From sequence record KX377933: a stretch of 64,000 nucleotides of DNA; one strand, given 5' to 3'. Position numbers and translations under genes: made by a program. This document shows, one piece after another, positions 9,593-19,417 of the stretch; position 1 is the first letter of the stretch, and each line of letters starts with the position of its first letter. This stretch comes from Escherichia phage vB_EcoM_Alf5. The notes under the pieces were generated by a model. That model ran no database searches. It saw nothing but the letters and a program-made list of their open reading frames with translations, and was not told the origin of the DNA.

Positions 9593-9997
9593 ATGGCTAT
9601 TAATAACCGTGAGTTATCAATCTTAAAAGCACGTTTGACAGTTAACCGGATTAATGTTCTGACATCATCAGCACCTGATGAAACATTGCACAACATTATT
9701 GGGAAGATTCAAAGTGTTATCTTAGACGTTGAAAACGTGAAAAACTCATTAACTGACGTTGCAGCAGGTATCACGCTAGACGGTGCACAATATGAAATGG
9801 CTGACATGTTGGGCAAATCTAAGGTAATGAATAAAGAGCTTGATTTAAAAATGTTCAGATTCGCCGTAAAAGTATGGCTATCCGTCGAGTATGATGCTAA
9901 TTATGCAATCGCTGACTTTTTCGCCACTTGGTTGCAGCGTAATTTGTCAAATCACGACTTCCGTAATATCTGTGATGCAATTTATGCAGAACTTTAA
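9593..9997 (+). CDS. hypothetical early protein
   Basis: 134-aa ORF preceded by type-A hairpin-leader module. Confidence 0.4.
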   Translation: MAINNRELSILKARLTVNRINVLTSSAPDETLHNIIGKIQSVILDVENVKNSLTDVAAGITLDGAQYEMADMLGKSKVMNKELDLKMFRFAVKVWLSVEYDANYAIADFFATWLQRNLSNHDFRNICDAIYAEL

Positions 9998-10006
9998 AAA
10001 TTTTTG

Positions 10007-10036
10007 TTGACACTGGTTTTTATATATATATTAAAT
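10007..10036 (+). promoter_or_regulatory. sigma70-like promoter
   Basis: TTGACA followed by AT-rich TATATATATT -10 region. Confidence 0.4.
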
Positions 10037-10104
10037 TACACATCAACGGGGAGGGAATGACCATCCCCCCACTAAATAAAACCCTTAAACTAGGAGATTC
10101 AAAA

Positions 10105-10308
10105 ATGGCTATTATTAACGGCTTAACCATTGAAACCACACACATCAAAGACATTAAAGCCGGGGATGTAGTTCTTTTTCACGGCGTAGAAAAAACCGTC
10201 ACGGCGAAAGATATTACAGAGGACTCCTTCATGGGTCGGTCGCTCTTCGGTGATTCCTATTGCTTAGGTTACCGTGCTGTTTTAAAAGTTGTCAAAAATA
10301 ACCGATAA
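10105..10308 (+). CDS. hypothetical early protein
   Basis: ORF-track 10057 start lies inside the conserved leader; ATG at 10105 has AGGAG RBS. Confidence 0.4.
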   Translation: MAIINGLTIETTHIKDIKAGDVVLFHGVEKTVTAKDITEDSFMGRSLFGDSYCLGYRAVLKVVKNNR

Positions 10309-10393
10309 AGTAATTTACAGGGGGCTTAAAAGTTGATATCTTAAGCCCCAGATAAAGAGCTTTACCACTAAATCCTAGACTGGAGATTCAAAA

Positions 10394-10936
10394 ATGAAAT
10401 GCTTTCACGGTACTACTCAAGAAAACTTCCTCAACCTGATTAATAACGGCGATAAACCATCAGGCGCATGGAATTGTTCGGACATGGACGGTAATTTTTA
10501 CGTGTATCCAGAAAATAAAATCTATGGCGACGATGAAGAAGAGATGACAGCCGAAGGCATTCAGCAAGCATTAGGTAATGCCACTATTACGGCCGCTTTC
10601 CAGATGAAAACTCAAAATATTGTTATCTTGGAACTTGATATTCCAGAGGATGAGCTGAATGATGATTATTCTTGTGATAATATGTCTGGCGTGGCAAGTT
10701 TTACAGAGTACTTTGATGCAAGTTGGATTAAAAAGGTTTACGTAACCGAGTTTAATGCGATGTTTTCGCCTTTTTGTCTTCCTCCACTGGATAACCCAAA
10801 TTTAAACTATCTTGATGAGTCTCTGGAACTTCTTGCTAAAAGCGTTCAACAGTCGGACAGTATTCAGGTTTTTTGTGACATCATGGACACACTGACAGGA
10901 AACATCACAGAGAGAGATTTAAAGAGCTTTTTCTAA
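10394..10936 (+). CDS. strongly acidic hypothetical protein
   Basis: 180-aa ORF rich in D/E (DDEEEM, DIPEDELNDDY); type-A leader upstream. Confidence 0.45.
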   Translation: MKCFHGTTQENFLNLINNGDKPSGAWNCSDMDGNFYVYPENKIYGDDEEEMTAEGIQQALGNATITAAFQMKTQNIVILELDIPEDELNDDYSCDNMSGVASFTEYFDASWIKKVYVTEFNAMFSPFCLPPLDNPNLNYLDESLELLAKSVQQSDSIQVFCDIMDTLTGNITERDLKSFF

Positions 10937-10967
10937 AACCTATATAATCACCTTATAAACACTAATT

Positions 10968-10988
10968 AGCCCCTTGTAGGGGCTTTTA
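10968..10988 (+). terminator. Rho-independent terminator
   Basis: GCCCC-TTGTA-GGGGC hairpin followed by TTTT. Confidence 0.5.
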
Positions 10989-11001
10989 GAGGGCTTAAAT
11001 C

Positions 11002-11235
11002 ATGCTTACAACCATTTATCTCATCCTTTCCATCTGTAATGGTCATTCATGCGATTTTAAAGGGCTTGAGGAGTTTACAGGAAGTAAAGAAAATGCTATT
11101 CAAGTTTGCCAGATAGCAAGGCAAGACTACCCCGCAAGTGATGATATTCAATGCTACTTTAAGACAGAAGACGACGACGGCATTTATTTTGATAGTGTTG
11201 ATGGTCAATATGAAATTATCATTGAAAAAGACTAG
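11002..11235 (+). CDS. hypothetical protein
   Basis: 77-aa ORF. Confidence 0.35.
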   Translation: MLTTIYLILSICNGHSCDFKGLEEFTGSKENAIQVCQIARQDYPASDDIQCYFKTEDDDGIYFDSVDGQYEIIIEKD

Positions 11236-11326
11236 ACAAGCCTGATAAAAATCTGTAAATTGTCAATCAACGGGGAGGGAATGACCTCCCCCACTAAATA
11301 AAACCCTTAAACTAGGAGATTCAAAA

Positions 11327-11668
11327 ATGGCTCACGTAACTGTAATTACCAATAAACCGGATTCATCTTGGTCAACTCAAGTAAGTGATAAGATGACACC
11401 TATGCAGTGCCTAAAATACTTTGAGCAATGGAATAAAGGCGAGGATGTAAGCCCCTTCCAAGTAATGCAGATTATTCATGTAGACAATGAAGGGAAGAAA
11501 ACAACCCTGAGCAGCGAGTACTATGCAAACCGATTTGAAACGAGAAGTAAAGCAATGAAGCTTCTACGTGAATCAGGTTATGCTCATATTGCCGCACTAA
11601 TCTGGGATGACCTGCTAAAAATCCAACGTGCTAACTATGTAAAGCCTGAAAAAATATTCATCAGTTAA
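11327..11668 (+). CDS. hypothetical early protein
   Basis: 113-aa ORF preceded by type-B hairpin-leader. Confidence 0.4.
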   Translation: MAHVTVITNKPDSSWSTQVSDKMTPMQCLKYFEQWNKGEDVSPFQVMQIIHVDNEGKKTTLSSEYYANRFETRSKAMKLLRESGYAHIAALIWDDLLKIQRANYVKPEKIFIS

Positions 11669-11889
11669 TCAACAACTTACAAAAAACTTTCAAAAAAGTG
11701 TTGACAATACCCATTGACATTGGTAATGTTGTTCGAGGGGGGTTTATCTAAAAGGGATTCACTTAAAAGGTTCTTTATAGATAAGCTTAAAAAATTGCTT
11801 GCAATCAGCTATCAAAACAAGTAAATTACTAATCAACGGGAGGGATGACCTCCCCACTAAATAAAACCCTTAAACTAGGAGATTCAAAA

Positions 11890-12420
11890 ATGAACAAGTT
11901 CAAAGCCATCAACTATATTCGTTCAAATGCTGTAATGTCAAAGCCTGTCAAAGATACCTACGAATTTCGCTGCAATGGTGTACACTTCGCAACCATCACC
12001 AAATCAGAAAACGGGGCTTATTACGTCCATCGTCGTAATGTTGCAACCGTTGTAGTCTCTCACTTTATGCAAGCTGTAGCAGAATTATTACCGCTATTTT
12101 TAGGGATTTACTTGGATGAGTGTAAAAACGTTCATAGCCACGTTAAAAACCTTTTAAATAGCTATAAAATGGCTTATGAGCGTTCAATCAAGACCTTAAA
12201 CAAGTTTTATAAAGCCCCTGTAAATACTGTTTCAATGGCTTACGCTTCAAACGGTGAAAGAGTAAACTTATCCGATGTGGAAGATATCGAGCTTTACGAC
12301 CATCGACCTAACGGTTACGCTAAAACCATCGGTGAAGGTTTAACGTTCAATATCAAGAACTTAGAAAAAACTTTAAAAGATATTGAAAAAGATATTGACG
12401 AGACAATCAAAAATCTGTAA
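11890..12420 (+). CDS. hypothetical early protein
   Basis: ATG at 11890 follows the conserved AGGAGATTCAAAA leader; the track start 11845 lies in the hairpin. Confidence 0.4.
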   Translation: MNKFKAINYIRSNAVMSKPVKDTYEFRCNGVHFATITKSENGAYYVHRRNVATVVVSHFMQAVAELLPLFLGIYLDECKNVHSHVKNLLNSYKMAYERSIKTLNKFYKAPVNTVSMAYASNGERVNLSDVEDIELYDHRPNGYAKTIGEGLTFNIKNLEKTLKDIEKDIDETIKNL

Positions 12421-12489
12421 ATTGTCAATCAACGGGGAGGGAATGAACTTCCCCACTAAAATAAAACCCTTAAACTAGGAGATTCAAAA

Positions 12490-12738
12490 ATGGCAACTAT
12501 CCGCGCTACTGTAAATGCTTATGGCTGTTATACTCTGGACGTTAAATTTGATATCGGCGGAACTGATGAATGCTTTTCCTTAGTGAAGACAGTTATCAAG
12601 CAAGTTATCCCAGACTATAACCCTACTGATGACTTCTGGAAAGATGCCGTAAAAGAGGCCATAAACGATGAGCATCACTATCATTACTGGGGTGATTTGA
12701 TTGTCTCCCTGTACTACAGCAAACAAGGTTACAACTAA
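12490..12738 (+). CDS. hypothetical early protein
   Basis: 82-aa ORF preceded by type-B hairpin-leader. Confidence 0.4.
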   Translation: MATIRATVNAYGCYTLDVKFDIGGTDECFSLVKTVIKQVIPDYNPTDDFWKDAVKEAINDEHHYHYWGDLIVSLYYSKQGYN

Positions 12739-12758
12739 TCGACGCAACGGGGCTATTT

Positions 12759-12802
12759 AGCCCCAGATACCTGAACAGACCCTACTCAAAGGGGCTTTTT
12801 TA
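12759..12802 (+). terminator. terminator with alternative upstream hairpin
   Basis: AGCCCC...GGGGCT stem followed by TTTTTT; upstream GGGGCT could pair with the same AGCCCC instead. Confidence 0.4.
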
Positions 12803-14389
12803 CGTCTATCGAATCCTTATACAACCCCTTTCCCTTTCCTTTCCAGAATCTTACTAGACCTTAAAAAGCAATAACTCTACAGTCTACTCTATAACCTCTT
12901 ATCAAATCAACTTAAATATAAGCCCATAACCCGAAAGGGAAGGGCAACCCCTTAAACGCTCTATAACGCCCTATAACAGCCTTATCACCCTAACTTAAGC
13001 AATCATATTAACCCACCCTAAAAAGCCCTTTATAAAGCTTCTGAGAGCCTTAAAAGAATCTTATAAGGGTGTAAGCTTATAGGCTGGCTAGTATCTTGTG
13101 AATGATTAAACAAACCCCTTGATAGCTATTAAAAAGCATGTTATAGGGGTTATAAAGTTACTTTGAAGTAGCTTAAAAGTTACGTAAATGCTAGCCCCCT
13201 TAACAATTTCTTAACAATTTCTTAACAATTTCTTAACAAACCTACATAGTTATTCTTGTTAGCACCTTGTTAAATCTCTGTTAAGACCACGTAAAAACCT
13301 TGTAAGAACCTTTGGCATAGCCTTAAAAGCTCCTGTAAAGCCCTATAAAGAGCTATCCATACAGTTGATGGGTAAATACTAGGGAGGGACTTAAAAGAGC
13401 CTATAAAGAGCTTTTAAGAGCTTTTAAGAGGTATGTTTAAGAAGTCACTAAGAAAGGAAAGGGAACGATAAGAAAAGAGTAGTGACCATGTTAATAGCTT
13501 GTTAAAAAGATTAAACACTTGTTAGGAACTTGTTAATTATCTTAACAAAATAACTCTTTAAAATTAACTTGTTAGCTCTTGTTAGTCATCTGTTAAGATT
13601 CTGTAAAGCCTATTCAGCACTTGTTAAGAATCTGTTACAGCCTTGTTAGTTCTGTTAAGAAACTGTTAAGACCTTTGAAGAGTTGTTAAGAAGATGTGAG
13701 AACTGTTAAGAAACTGTTAATGATATTTTAAAATTCTGCAAAGTACTTGTAAGGGAGCTGTTAAGGGCTACCAAGCAGATATACATCTTCTACAGATATT
13801 TTTCAGTTCCTTCAAAGACCCTAAAAAAAAAAAATGACTTGATAGTCCTATTTTATAAAAATTTTAAAATTCTGAATAATTACCTATACAGTCTTTTAAA
13901 AATACAGGTAGAAACAGGCTTATAAGATACCTTGTTAGTACCGTGTTAGACCTTGTGAGATAAGGTCTGTGAAGATATTCCTGTTAAGTTTGTTAAAACA
14001 GTCTATATAGAGGCTTAGTAATACCTAGTGAACACCTATAGAGAGTGTCATAGCTAACCTAGAGATTAAGAGGTGTATGGGAGCTTCTAAGAGAGTATAG
14101 AGAGATGGTTAAGGTGATTGTATAGGTTGTTTAGAAGGCTTGTTAGAGGGCTTGTTAGAAGGGTTATACAGAGGGCTATTAAGACCACTAGATAGTTACT
14201 AAGATACTATATAGTACTATATAACTATATAGAGAGTAAGATTAAGAAGGCTGTTAAGAAGGATAGATATTTTATTCACATATGATGGTGACCCAGAGGT
14301 TGGGACAACCGATAAAATTTTATAAAAATATAAATTTCGTAAATTTTACTCAATAAAAAGCCCCCAATTAAGGAGGCTCTTAAGATATT
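12803..14389. repeat. ORF-free iteron-rich region
   Basis: more than 30 copies of YTGTTAR, many CTTWWAAG palindromes, poly-A and AT-rich tract near 13826-13880; lies between convergent gene blocks. Confidence 0.6.
13199..13240. repeat. tandem repeat, 11-bp unit TTAACAATTTC, about 3.7 copies
   Basis: cttaacaatttcttaacaatttcttaacaatttcttaacaaa read directly. Confidence 0.7.
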
Positions 14390-15013
14390 TTAAATCAGTG
14401 TTTCCAGAACTGTTTTCAATGATGACTTGGTTGTCTGATAAAAATGAGTAAATCCATTGTTATTATCGAATACCTGCATCATGATATCATCACCCTTGAT
14501 TGGGTAAACTCGGATATCATAGTGAAAACCATTAAAGACACAAGAGCCATTACAGAATGCACTAAAGTCATCAACTGAGATATACTCTTCATGTCCTGTG
14601 ATTTTTATACAAACGCCTTTACTCGGTCTCTTAGGGTTGATATCTTCCATCACAGACATACTCTGTCCACCAAGAGATACCATAGTGACCACTTTACGGT
14701 TCTTCTGTCTAAAGTACATTTTAACTTTCTGCAAAGTGTCTTCATAGAACGGATAAGACCTTTCTACAAAGATTCCTTCAAGTGGCTCTTTACCATTTTC
14801 AACTTCTCTGTTATGCCGTACTGCAAAGATAATTTGTTCGAACCAGTCAAGATTTTCTTCGGAGAGTGCTTCTCGAACATCACTCCAGTCAAGTACTAGA
14901 TAGTTACCTTCAACATCTTTTAAGTTATCTTTTTCCATATCTATCACACCATTATCGTAAAACTTGATATTCTGGTACTGCGAATTTATTACTATTGTTC
15001 TTGATGAGGTCAT
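14390..15013 (-). CDS. hypothetical protein
   Basis: 207-aa ORF; in-frame Met at 14938 would avoid overlap with the upstream gene. Confidence 0.45.
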   Translation of the reverse strand: MTSSRTIVINSQYQNIKFYDNGVIDMEKDNLKDVEGNYLVLDWSDVREALSEENLDWFEQIIFAVRHNREVENGKEPLEGIFVERSYPFYEDTLQKVKMYFRQKNRKVVTMVSLGGQSMSVMEDINPKRPSKGVCIKITGHEEYISVDDFSAFCNGSCVFNGFHYDIRVYPIKGDDIMMQVFDNNNGFTHFYQTTKSSLKTVLETLI

Positions 15014-15416
15014 CTTCTGAAACTAAAAATGTAATCCCACATAAGTGTCTGTAACGACTATCATACTCGAATATCTTAAACAGATATTTACCATCATGAT
15101 AAACCTGTTGCACTTCACCTTCTGCAACAATCTCGCCTGTAATAAAATTTTTTAGTTTATACACATTACCAACTTTAGGTACTGTTTTCATCTCAGGCTC
15201 TTTTAGTGCTACACCTATTTTTGCATCACCGAGTAAATGAGAACTCTCAAAAGCTACGTGTTTCATATAAGCTTCTGAACATTCCCAAATAAAACAATGT
15301 ACAAGAATCTTAGCAGCATGTCTTGAACAGTTCAACTTATCACAGATTTCTGTGTACATCTCATCTTTAGTCGAGTTGTCAAGCATTGCTCTTTGTACTA
15401 TCTCTTTAACCTTCAT
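14952..15416 (-). CDS. hypothetical protein
   Basis: 154-aa ORF in co-directional block. Confidence 0.45.
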   Translation of the reverse strand: MKVKEIVQRAMLDNSTKDEMYTEICDKLNCSRHAAKILVHCFIWECSEAYMKHVAFESSHLLGDAKIGVALKEPEMKTVPKVGNVYKLKNFITGEIVAEGEVQQVYHDGKYLFKIFEYDSRYRHLCGITFLVSEDDLIKNNSNKFAVPEYQVLR

Positions 15417-15828
15417 AAGCTCTCCGAATAACCCTATTAAGCATCTCTAAAGTCAGCTTTCCAGATTCTAAATGCGGCATAACAAGCTTTAAAGCTTTTT
15501 CAACATCATGCACAATATCAATTATACCTTCTTCATAGGCTTCTACGAGGATATCTTTTACACCGATATAGCCTTCATTGATAATGATTTGCATATCAAA
15601 ATCTTCTGATTGCTTGTTTAACTTACCTCTCCAATACCCATCAGCATTAAAAGATATCACTTCACACTCTTTAAAATCCATATCATCTGCATTGAATGGA
15701 GTAATTATTGTGCATTGGATTGGATACTCTACACCAGTGGTGTCAACATCAAAAACCTTCACAGAAGTGAGTGGTTTCTTTGTTTTAGAGCAGTAAACTG
15801 TCAATCTTTTACCAATAAGCTCTTTCAT
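15406..15828 (-). CDS. hypothetical protein
   Basis: 140-aa ORF. Confidence 0.45.
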   Translation of the reverse strand: MKELIGKRLTVYCSKTKKPLTSVKVFDVDTTGVEYPIQCTIITPFNADDMDFKECEVISFNADGYWRGKLNKQSEDFDMQIIINEGYIGVKDILVEAYEEGIIDIVHDVEKALKLVMPHLESGKLTLEMLNRVIRRAYEG

Positions 15829-15881
15829 TTCGCTACCTTCTAAGTTTCTACAAAGGGGCTATCAAGTAACCCCTCAAGTTA

Positions 15882-16106
15882 CTACTCAGACTTTTCAGTC
15901 TTCTTATCGGATTTCTTACTAGTCTTCTTCTCAGCTTTCTGTTCAGGCTCCTTCTCAGAAGTTGCCTTAATAACCATATCAAGAAGCTCTGATAAGTCAC
16001 TCTTCAGCAAAGTAACAGGCTGCTCGTTGTAGAAGTTTTTGTCAAGATAAACTTTGAACTCTTCTATAGAAGGAAATCCAAAAATTGGTACAGGTGTCTT
16101 AATCAT
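15882..16106 (-). CDS. hypothetical lysine-rich protein
   Basis: 74-aa ORF with K/E-rich C-terminus. Confidence 0.35.
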   Translation of the reverse strand: MIKTPVPIFGFPSIEEFKVYLDKNFYNEQPVTLLKSDLSELLDMVIKATSEKEPEQKAEKKTSKKSDKKTEKSE

Positions 16107-16182
16107 TACTTAGTCTCTCCATAGGCATCTTTTAAGATTGCCTTGTTAATCATTTCAGCGATTGCAAAACGAACACATACAG

Positions 16183-16716
16183 CTATAATTGTAGGTTGCA
16201 TTCTTTACTTACCTCTTCAAGTTTAACCTCAGAATCCTTAAGTCGTTTCTTATGAACTCTGAACCTCATTAGTGAGATGATGATACCAGCTAAAGGAACA
16301 GTATACAAGTACCAGATATCATGTACCTTTGCAGTAATCTGTGTAATTGTCAAATCTTGAGCTATGCAGCTAATTGCTGATACTACCAGTAACATTGCTA
16401 AGAAGAACGCCAATACCATAACAACACTTAGGCATCCTCTGGCATGGTGTTCATGCTTAATACACTTGTTCTTTTCGTCAACAACCCTATTGTAGTCGTT
16501 TGTAAAGTCTCTGTAGAAAGCTTTCAAGTATTCTTGACTGTAGCCTTCAAAGCAACCTGTACCGTACCAGTAATCACCACCAAAATGTGCTATGATACCG
16601 GTATCTCCATTTGGTTTTGTTACTCTTAGGGAGACATGATGACCAGTCTTCTGGTAATCTATTTTGTATCTTTCTTCGTAAATCATTTCCCAACCCCTCT
16701 CAATCGTTTGTTCCAT
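16183..16716 (-). CDS. hypothetical membrane protein
   Basis: 177-aa ORF with hydrophobic helices near C-terminus (LSVVMVLAFFLAMLLVV). Confidence 0.45.
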   Translation of the reverse strand: MEQTIERGWEMIYEERYKIDYQKTGHHVSLRVTKPNGDTGIIAHFGGDYWYGTGCFEGYSQEYLKAFYRDFTNDYNRVVDEKNKCIKHEHHARGCLSVVMVLAFFLAMLLVVSAISCIAQDLTITQITAKVHDIWYLYTVPLAGIIISLMRFRVHKKRLKDSEVKLEEVSKECNLQL

Positions 16717-16901
16717 TCAAGGTTAACAAATCTTTGCAGAACTTTCCCTCTAGGTGTTACGCCTTTTAAACCTGCATCATAGCAATGGTAAAAATCGCCT
16801 TCAGCGTACTTACCATAACATTTTCTGATATTATGGCTTCTGCGATACTGTTCTAACAGGGAAAGTTTGTAGTAATCTTCAACTGTAGTTAACTTTTTCA
16901 T
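16683..16901 (-). CDS. hypothetical protein
   Basis: 72-aa ORF overlapping downstream gene start. Confidence 0.3.
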   Translation of the reverse strand: MKKLTTVEDYYKLSLLEQYRRSHNIRKCYGKYAEGDFYHCYDAGLKGVTPRGKVLQRFVNLEWNKRLRGVGK

Positions 16902-16984
16902 TCTTTTACCATGTCTCTTCTCTAGAAACTAAAAAGGGAACTACCTCTCGATAGCTCCCATCATAATTAGTTTTGTATACTCGG

Positions 16985-17566
16985 TCAAGAGTATTTTTTA
17001 GGCAGTAACGCACTACGCTTGTTACTCTCTTCACTCAATAGTGCAATGAAATCATCACTTTTACCTTTCCACGGGCTGAACGAAGGGATATGTTCGCGGA
17101 TAGCCTCAATCACTGTTTTAAGTGCTGTGTTCTTCATCCACCAATCAGAATCTGCTGATGCTACCACGTAGTATCCACCGTCATCAGTTAAAATTGGCTC
17201 TGAAATACATGGTGAAATCAAAGTGGTGATGATTGAACCATTGTTCATGTAATATGTGCGCTTAATAACCTTTTCAAGAAGCTTGTGAAGGTCACCAAAC
17301 AGTGTTACAAGTTCTTTGTGGTCGATGTCTTTTTCTAGGTTTGCTCGGTACTTCAATAGTGCAGCGTCAACCTCTCTGTCATTAAACTTGAAATATTGAA
17401 CTTCATCAACAAGGCAAACACTGATGTTGTTAACATTCATAGTCAGCTTGCAAACTTTTGCAGGAGAGTTGATGCTTGGTTGAAAAAGTGCAACACACCC
17501 TTCAATATTTCCAAAGTGTTGTACAAGTGTTACTTGTGGAATGATATCCTGTTGCTCTTCGGACAT
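16985..17566 (-). CDS. hypothetical protein
   Basis: 193-aa ORF. Confidence 0.45.
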   Translation of the reverse strand: MSEEQQDIIPQVTLVQHFGNIEGCVALFQPSINSPAKVCKLTMNVNNISVCLVDEVQYFKFNDREVDAALLKYRANLEKDIDHKELVTLFGDLHKLLEKVIKRTYYMNNGSIITTLISPCISEPILTDDGGYYVVASADSDWWMKNTALKTVIEAIREHIPSFSPWKGKSDDFIALLSEESNKRSALLPKKYS

Positions 17567-17910
17567 TACAGTTTCCTCATTAAATACTTTTTAAGTTGTG
17601 TGTTAGGTTTCTCAAAAACTTCTATAGAAGATATCTTGACAGATTCACCACGCATACCAGTATGTTTGAATATGTAATACTCTAACATCCCTATGTACTT
17701 TGCTGGTAAGTCATATTTGACATACACCGTCACAGAATCTTCAAATTCAACAACCTTTGTACCATCTTTGTAGTTAAACTCTTTAGGATGGTTGTAGTTA
17801 TCTATGTCGTACATTAAAAAGAGTCTTTTACGTTGTAAGTCAAGCTTATTTGTTAAAGACTCTTTGATATCTGAGAAGTTTTTGTAAACTGTGACATGGA
17901 GCTTACTCAT
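17566..17910 (-). CDS. hypothetical protein
   Basis: 114-aa ORF, start/stop coupled to neighbours. Confidence 0.4.
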   Translation of the reverse strand: MSKLHVTVYKNFSDIKESLTNKLDLQRKRLFLMYDIDNYNHPKEFNYKDGTKVVEFEDSVTVYVKYDLPAKYIGMLEYYIFKHTGMRGESVKISSIEVFEKPNTQLKKYLMRKL

Positions 17911-18115
17911 CGTTAAACTCTCTGACGAAGAAATAGTTGACTTTGTTATTGCCTACCATAAGGTCAAAGCAGGTATTCTCAAAAGGTTTGTTGTAGGCAT
18001 CATAGGTAGTGTCTACAACAGACCAGATAATTTCGTCAGTAATTTCTTCGTACAGGTCAAGTTCACGCTCTAGTGAGAAGTCACAAATAGGGAAAACAAC
18101 CTGTACTTTACTCAT
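17903..18115 (-). CDS. hypothetical protein
   Basis: 70-aa ORF. Confidence 0.35.
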   Translation of the reverse strand: MSKVQVVFPICDFSLERELDLYEEITDEIIWSVVDTTYDAYNKPFENTCFDLMVGNNKVNYFFVREFNDE

Positions 18116-18510
18116 TAACGAATAACCTGTGAGACTTGAATTGCTTCAGTTACTGACAAGTCACCTACTTTCTCTTCTTTGATAAAAGTGAAGGTGAGTT
18201 CAACAGGTTCTTGCTCTTCTTGCTCAACTGGAACACCATTAAGCTCATCAAAGATTGACTGCGTTGTCCAGTCTTCCCCACCATCTGGATAGTGGATTGC
18301 ATAAAGAGGAAACTCTAAATTATACCAAGCAAAAACAGGACAACCATCTACATCATCTCGACATCTGTGTAGATATGTGTTTGTACCTTCAAAATGTAAA
18401 TGCAGATTGCCATTCTTCTCATAGAGAATCGCATCTCGCAGGTCTAATTCTTCATCTCCACTGTAACGGCTAACATCGACTTTAACTTTAATCTGACTGA
18501 TATTATTCAT
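18115..18510 (-). CDS. hypothetical protein
   Basis: 131-aa ORF. Confidence 0.4.
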   Translation of the reverse strand: MNNISQIKVKVDVSRYSGDEELDLRDAILYEKNGNLHLHFEGTNTYLHRCRDDVDGCPVFAWYNLEFPLYAIHYPDGGEDWTTQSIFDELNGVPVEQEEQEPVELTFTFIKEEKVGDLSVTEAIQVSQVIR

Positions 18511-18901
18511 AAAAACCTCTCTCTGCTTGTTCGATTTTTGCTCTTAAAACTTCACAACGTTCTATGTGATATCTGGCCTCATGCTCATGTGTTGCCAAAG
18601 TCCTTTCAAGAACGGTTTTATAGTAACTCGCAAGCTGCTCTCTTGTCAAGGGGTGTTCTGAAATAATATCAAGGCCACTTTCACCTAGAGTGTTAAACTG
18701 TCCGTGTTCATTTACATGGTAAGTCTCAAACTTGAACAGACCGTTGTTAGCAGACTCAATAGGTGAGAGTTCAGCCAACTCAACAGTAAACATTGTGTGT
18801 ACCCTATCACCAACTGTAACAATGTTACTACCAATGATTCTCACCATTGAGCCATTGCGAGTGTACTTAAAAGTTCCAAAGTCACTAGCCCAAAGTTTCA
18901 T
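18503..18901 (-). CDS. hypothetical protein
   Basis: 132-aa ORF. Confidence 0.4.
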   Translation of the reverse strand: MKLWASDFGTFKYTRNGSMVRIIGSNIVTVGDRVHTMFTVELAELSPIESANNGLFKFETYHVNEHGQFNTLGESGLDIISEHPLTREQLASYYKTVLERTLATHEHEARYHIERCEVLRAKIEQAERGFYE

Positions 18902-18916
18902 AGTTTTCTCCTTAGA

Positions 18917-18943
18917 AAATAAAAAAGGCTCCCGAAGGAGCCT
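18917..18943 (-). terminator. Rho-independent terminator (minus strand) downstream of lysozyme
   Basis: GGCTCC-CGAA-GGAGCC hairpin with A-run on plus strand, i.e. U-run on the minus transcript. Confidence 0.5.
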
Positions 18944-18952
18944 ATGAAGATA

Positions 18953-19417
18953 TTACTTTGGATATACACTGTCAAGATAAATGTCAGTTTCCATTCTACG
19001 TCTGTTTTTCAGGCCGTTTGAAGTGACCTTCTTACCTTTGACTGTAACCTTGTTCCACCACTGCATAGCTTCTGCACAACCTACCTTGTCACCAGCATTA
19101 TGTCGCTTGATAAATGTAGAATCCTGCATAGCTGTGATACCGATGTTGTATGTTTCACTTACAAGTGCATCGAACTCATTCTGAGATGTTGGAACCTTGA
19201 TAGCTTTATTCACTGCTGCAACGAACTTCTCAACATCTGCAAGAAGATACTGTTCAGCCTGCTCAGCAGCAATTTTCATACCCATCTTAACAGGTTTTCC
19301 GTCAATACGGATTGTACCATACCCGATTGTTGGGATTCCGGCAGAGTCTTCGTAAGCCTCTAACTTCAGACCTTCAAAGAACTTAATAGCATCTAAGCCT
19401 TTTCTTGAGAGTTGCAT
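18953..19417 (-). CDS. T4-type lysozyme (glycoside hydrolase family 24)
   Basis: FEGLKLEAYEDSAGIPTIGYGT matches catalytic Glu/Asp/Thr region of GH24 lysozymes. Confidence 0.8.
   Translation of the reverse strand: MQLSRKGLDAIKFFEGLKLEAYEDSAGIPTIGYGTIRIDGKPVKMGMKIAAEQAEQYLLADVEKFVAAVNKAIKVPTSQNEFDALVSETYNIGITAMQDSTFIKRHNAGDKVGCAEAMQWWNKVTVKGKKVTSNGLKNRRRMETDIYLDSVYPK

Noticed and set aside
12803-14389. Short repeats in the ORF-free region considered as a CRISPR array
   Set aside because: Repeats are 6-11 bp, irregularly spaced and degenerate, with no uniform 25-40-bp repeats and spacers and no cas genes.
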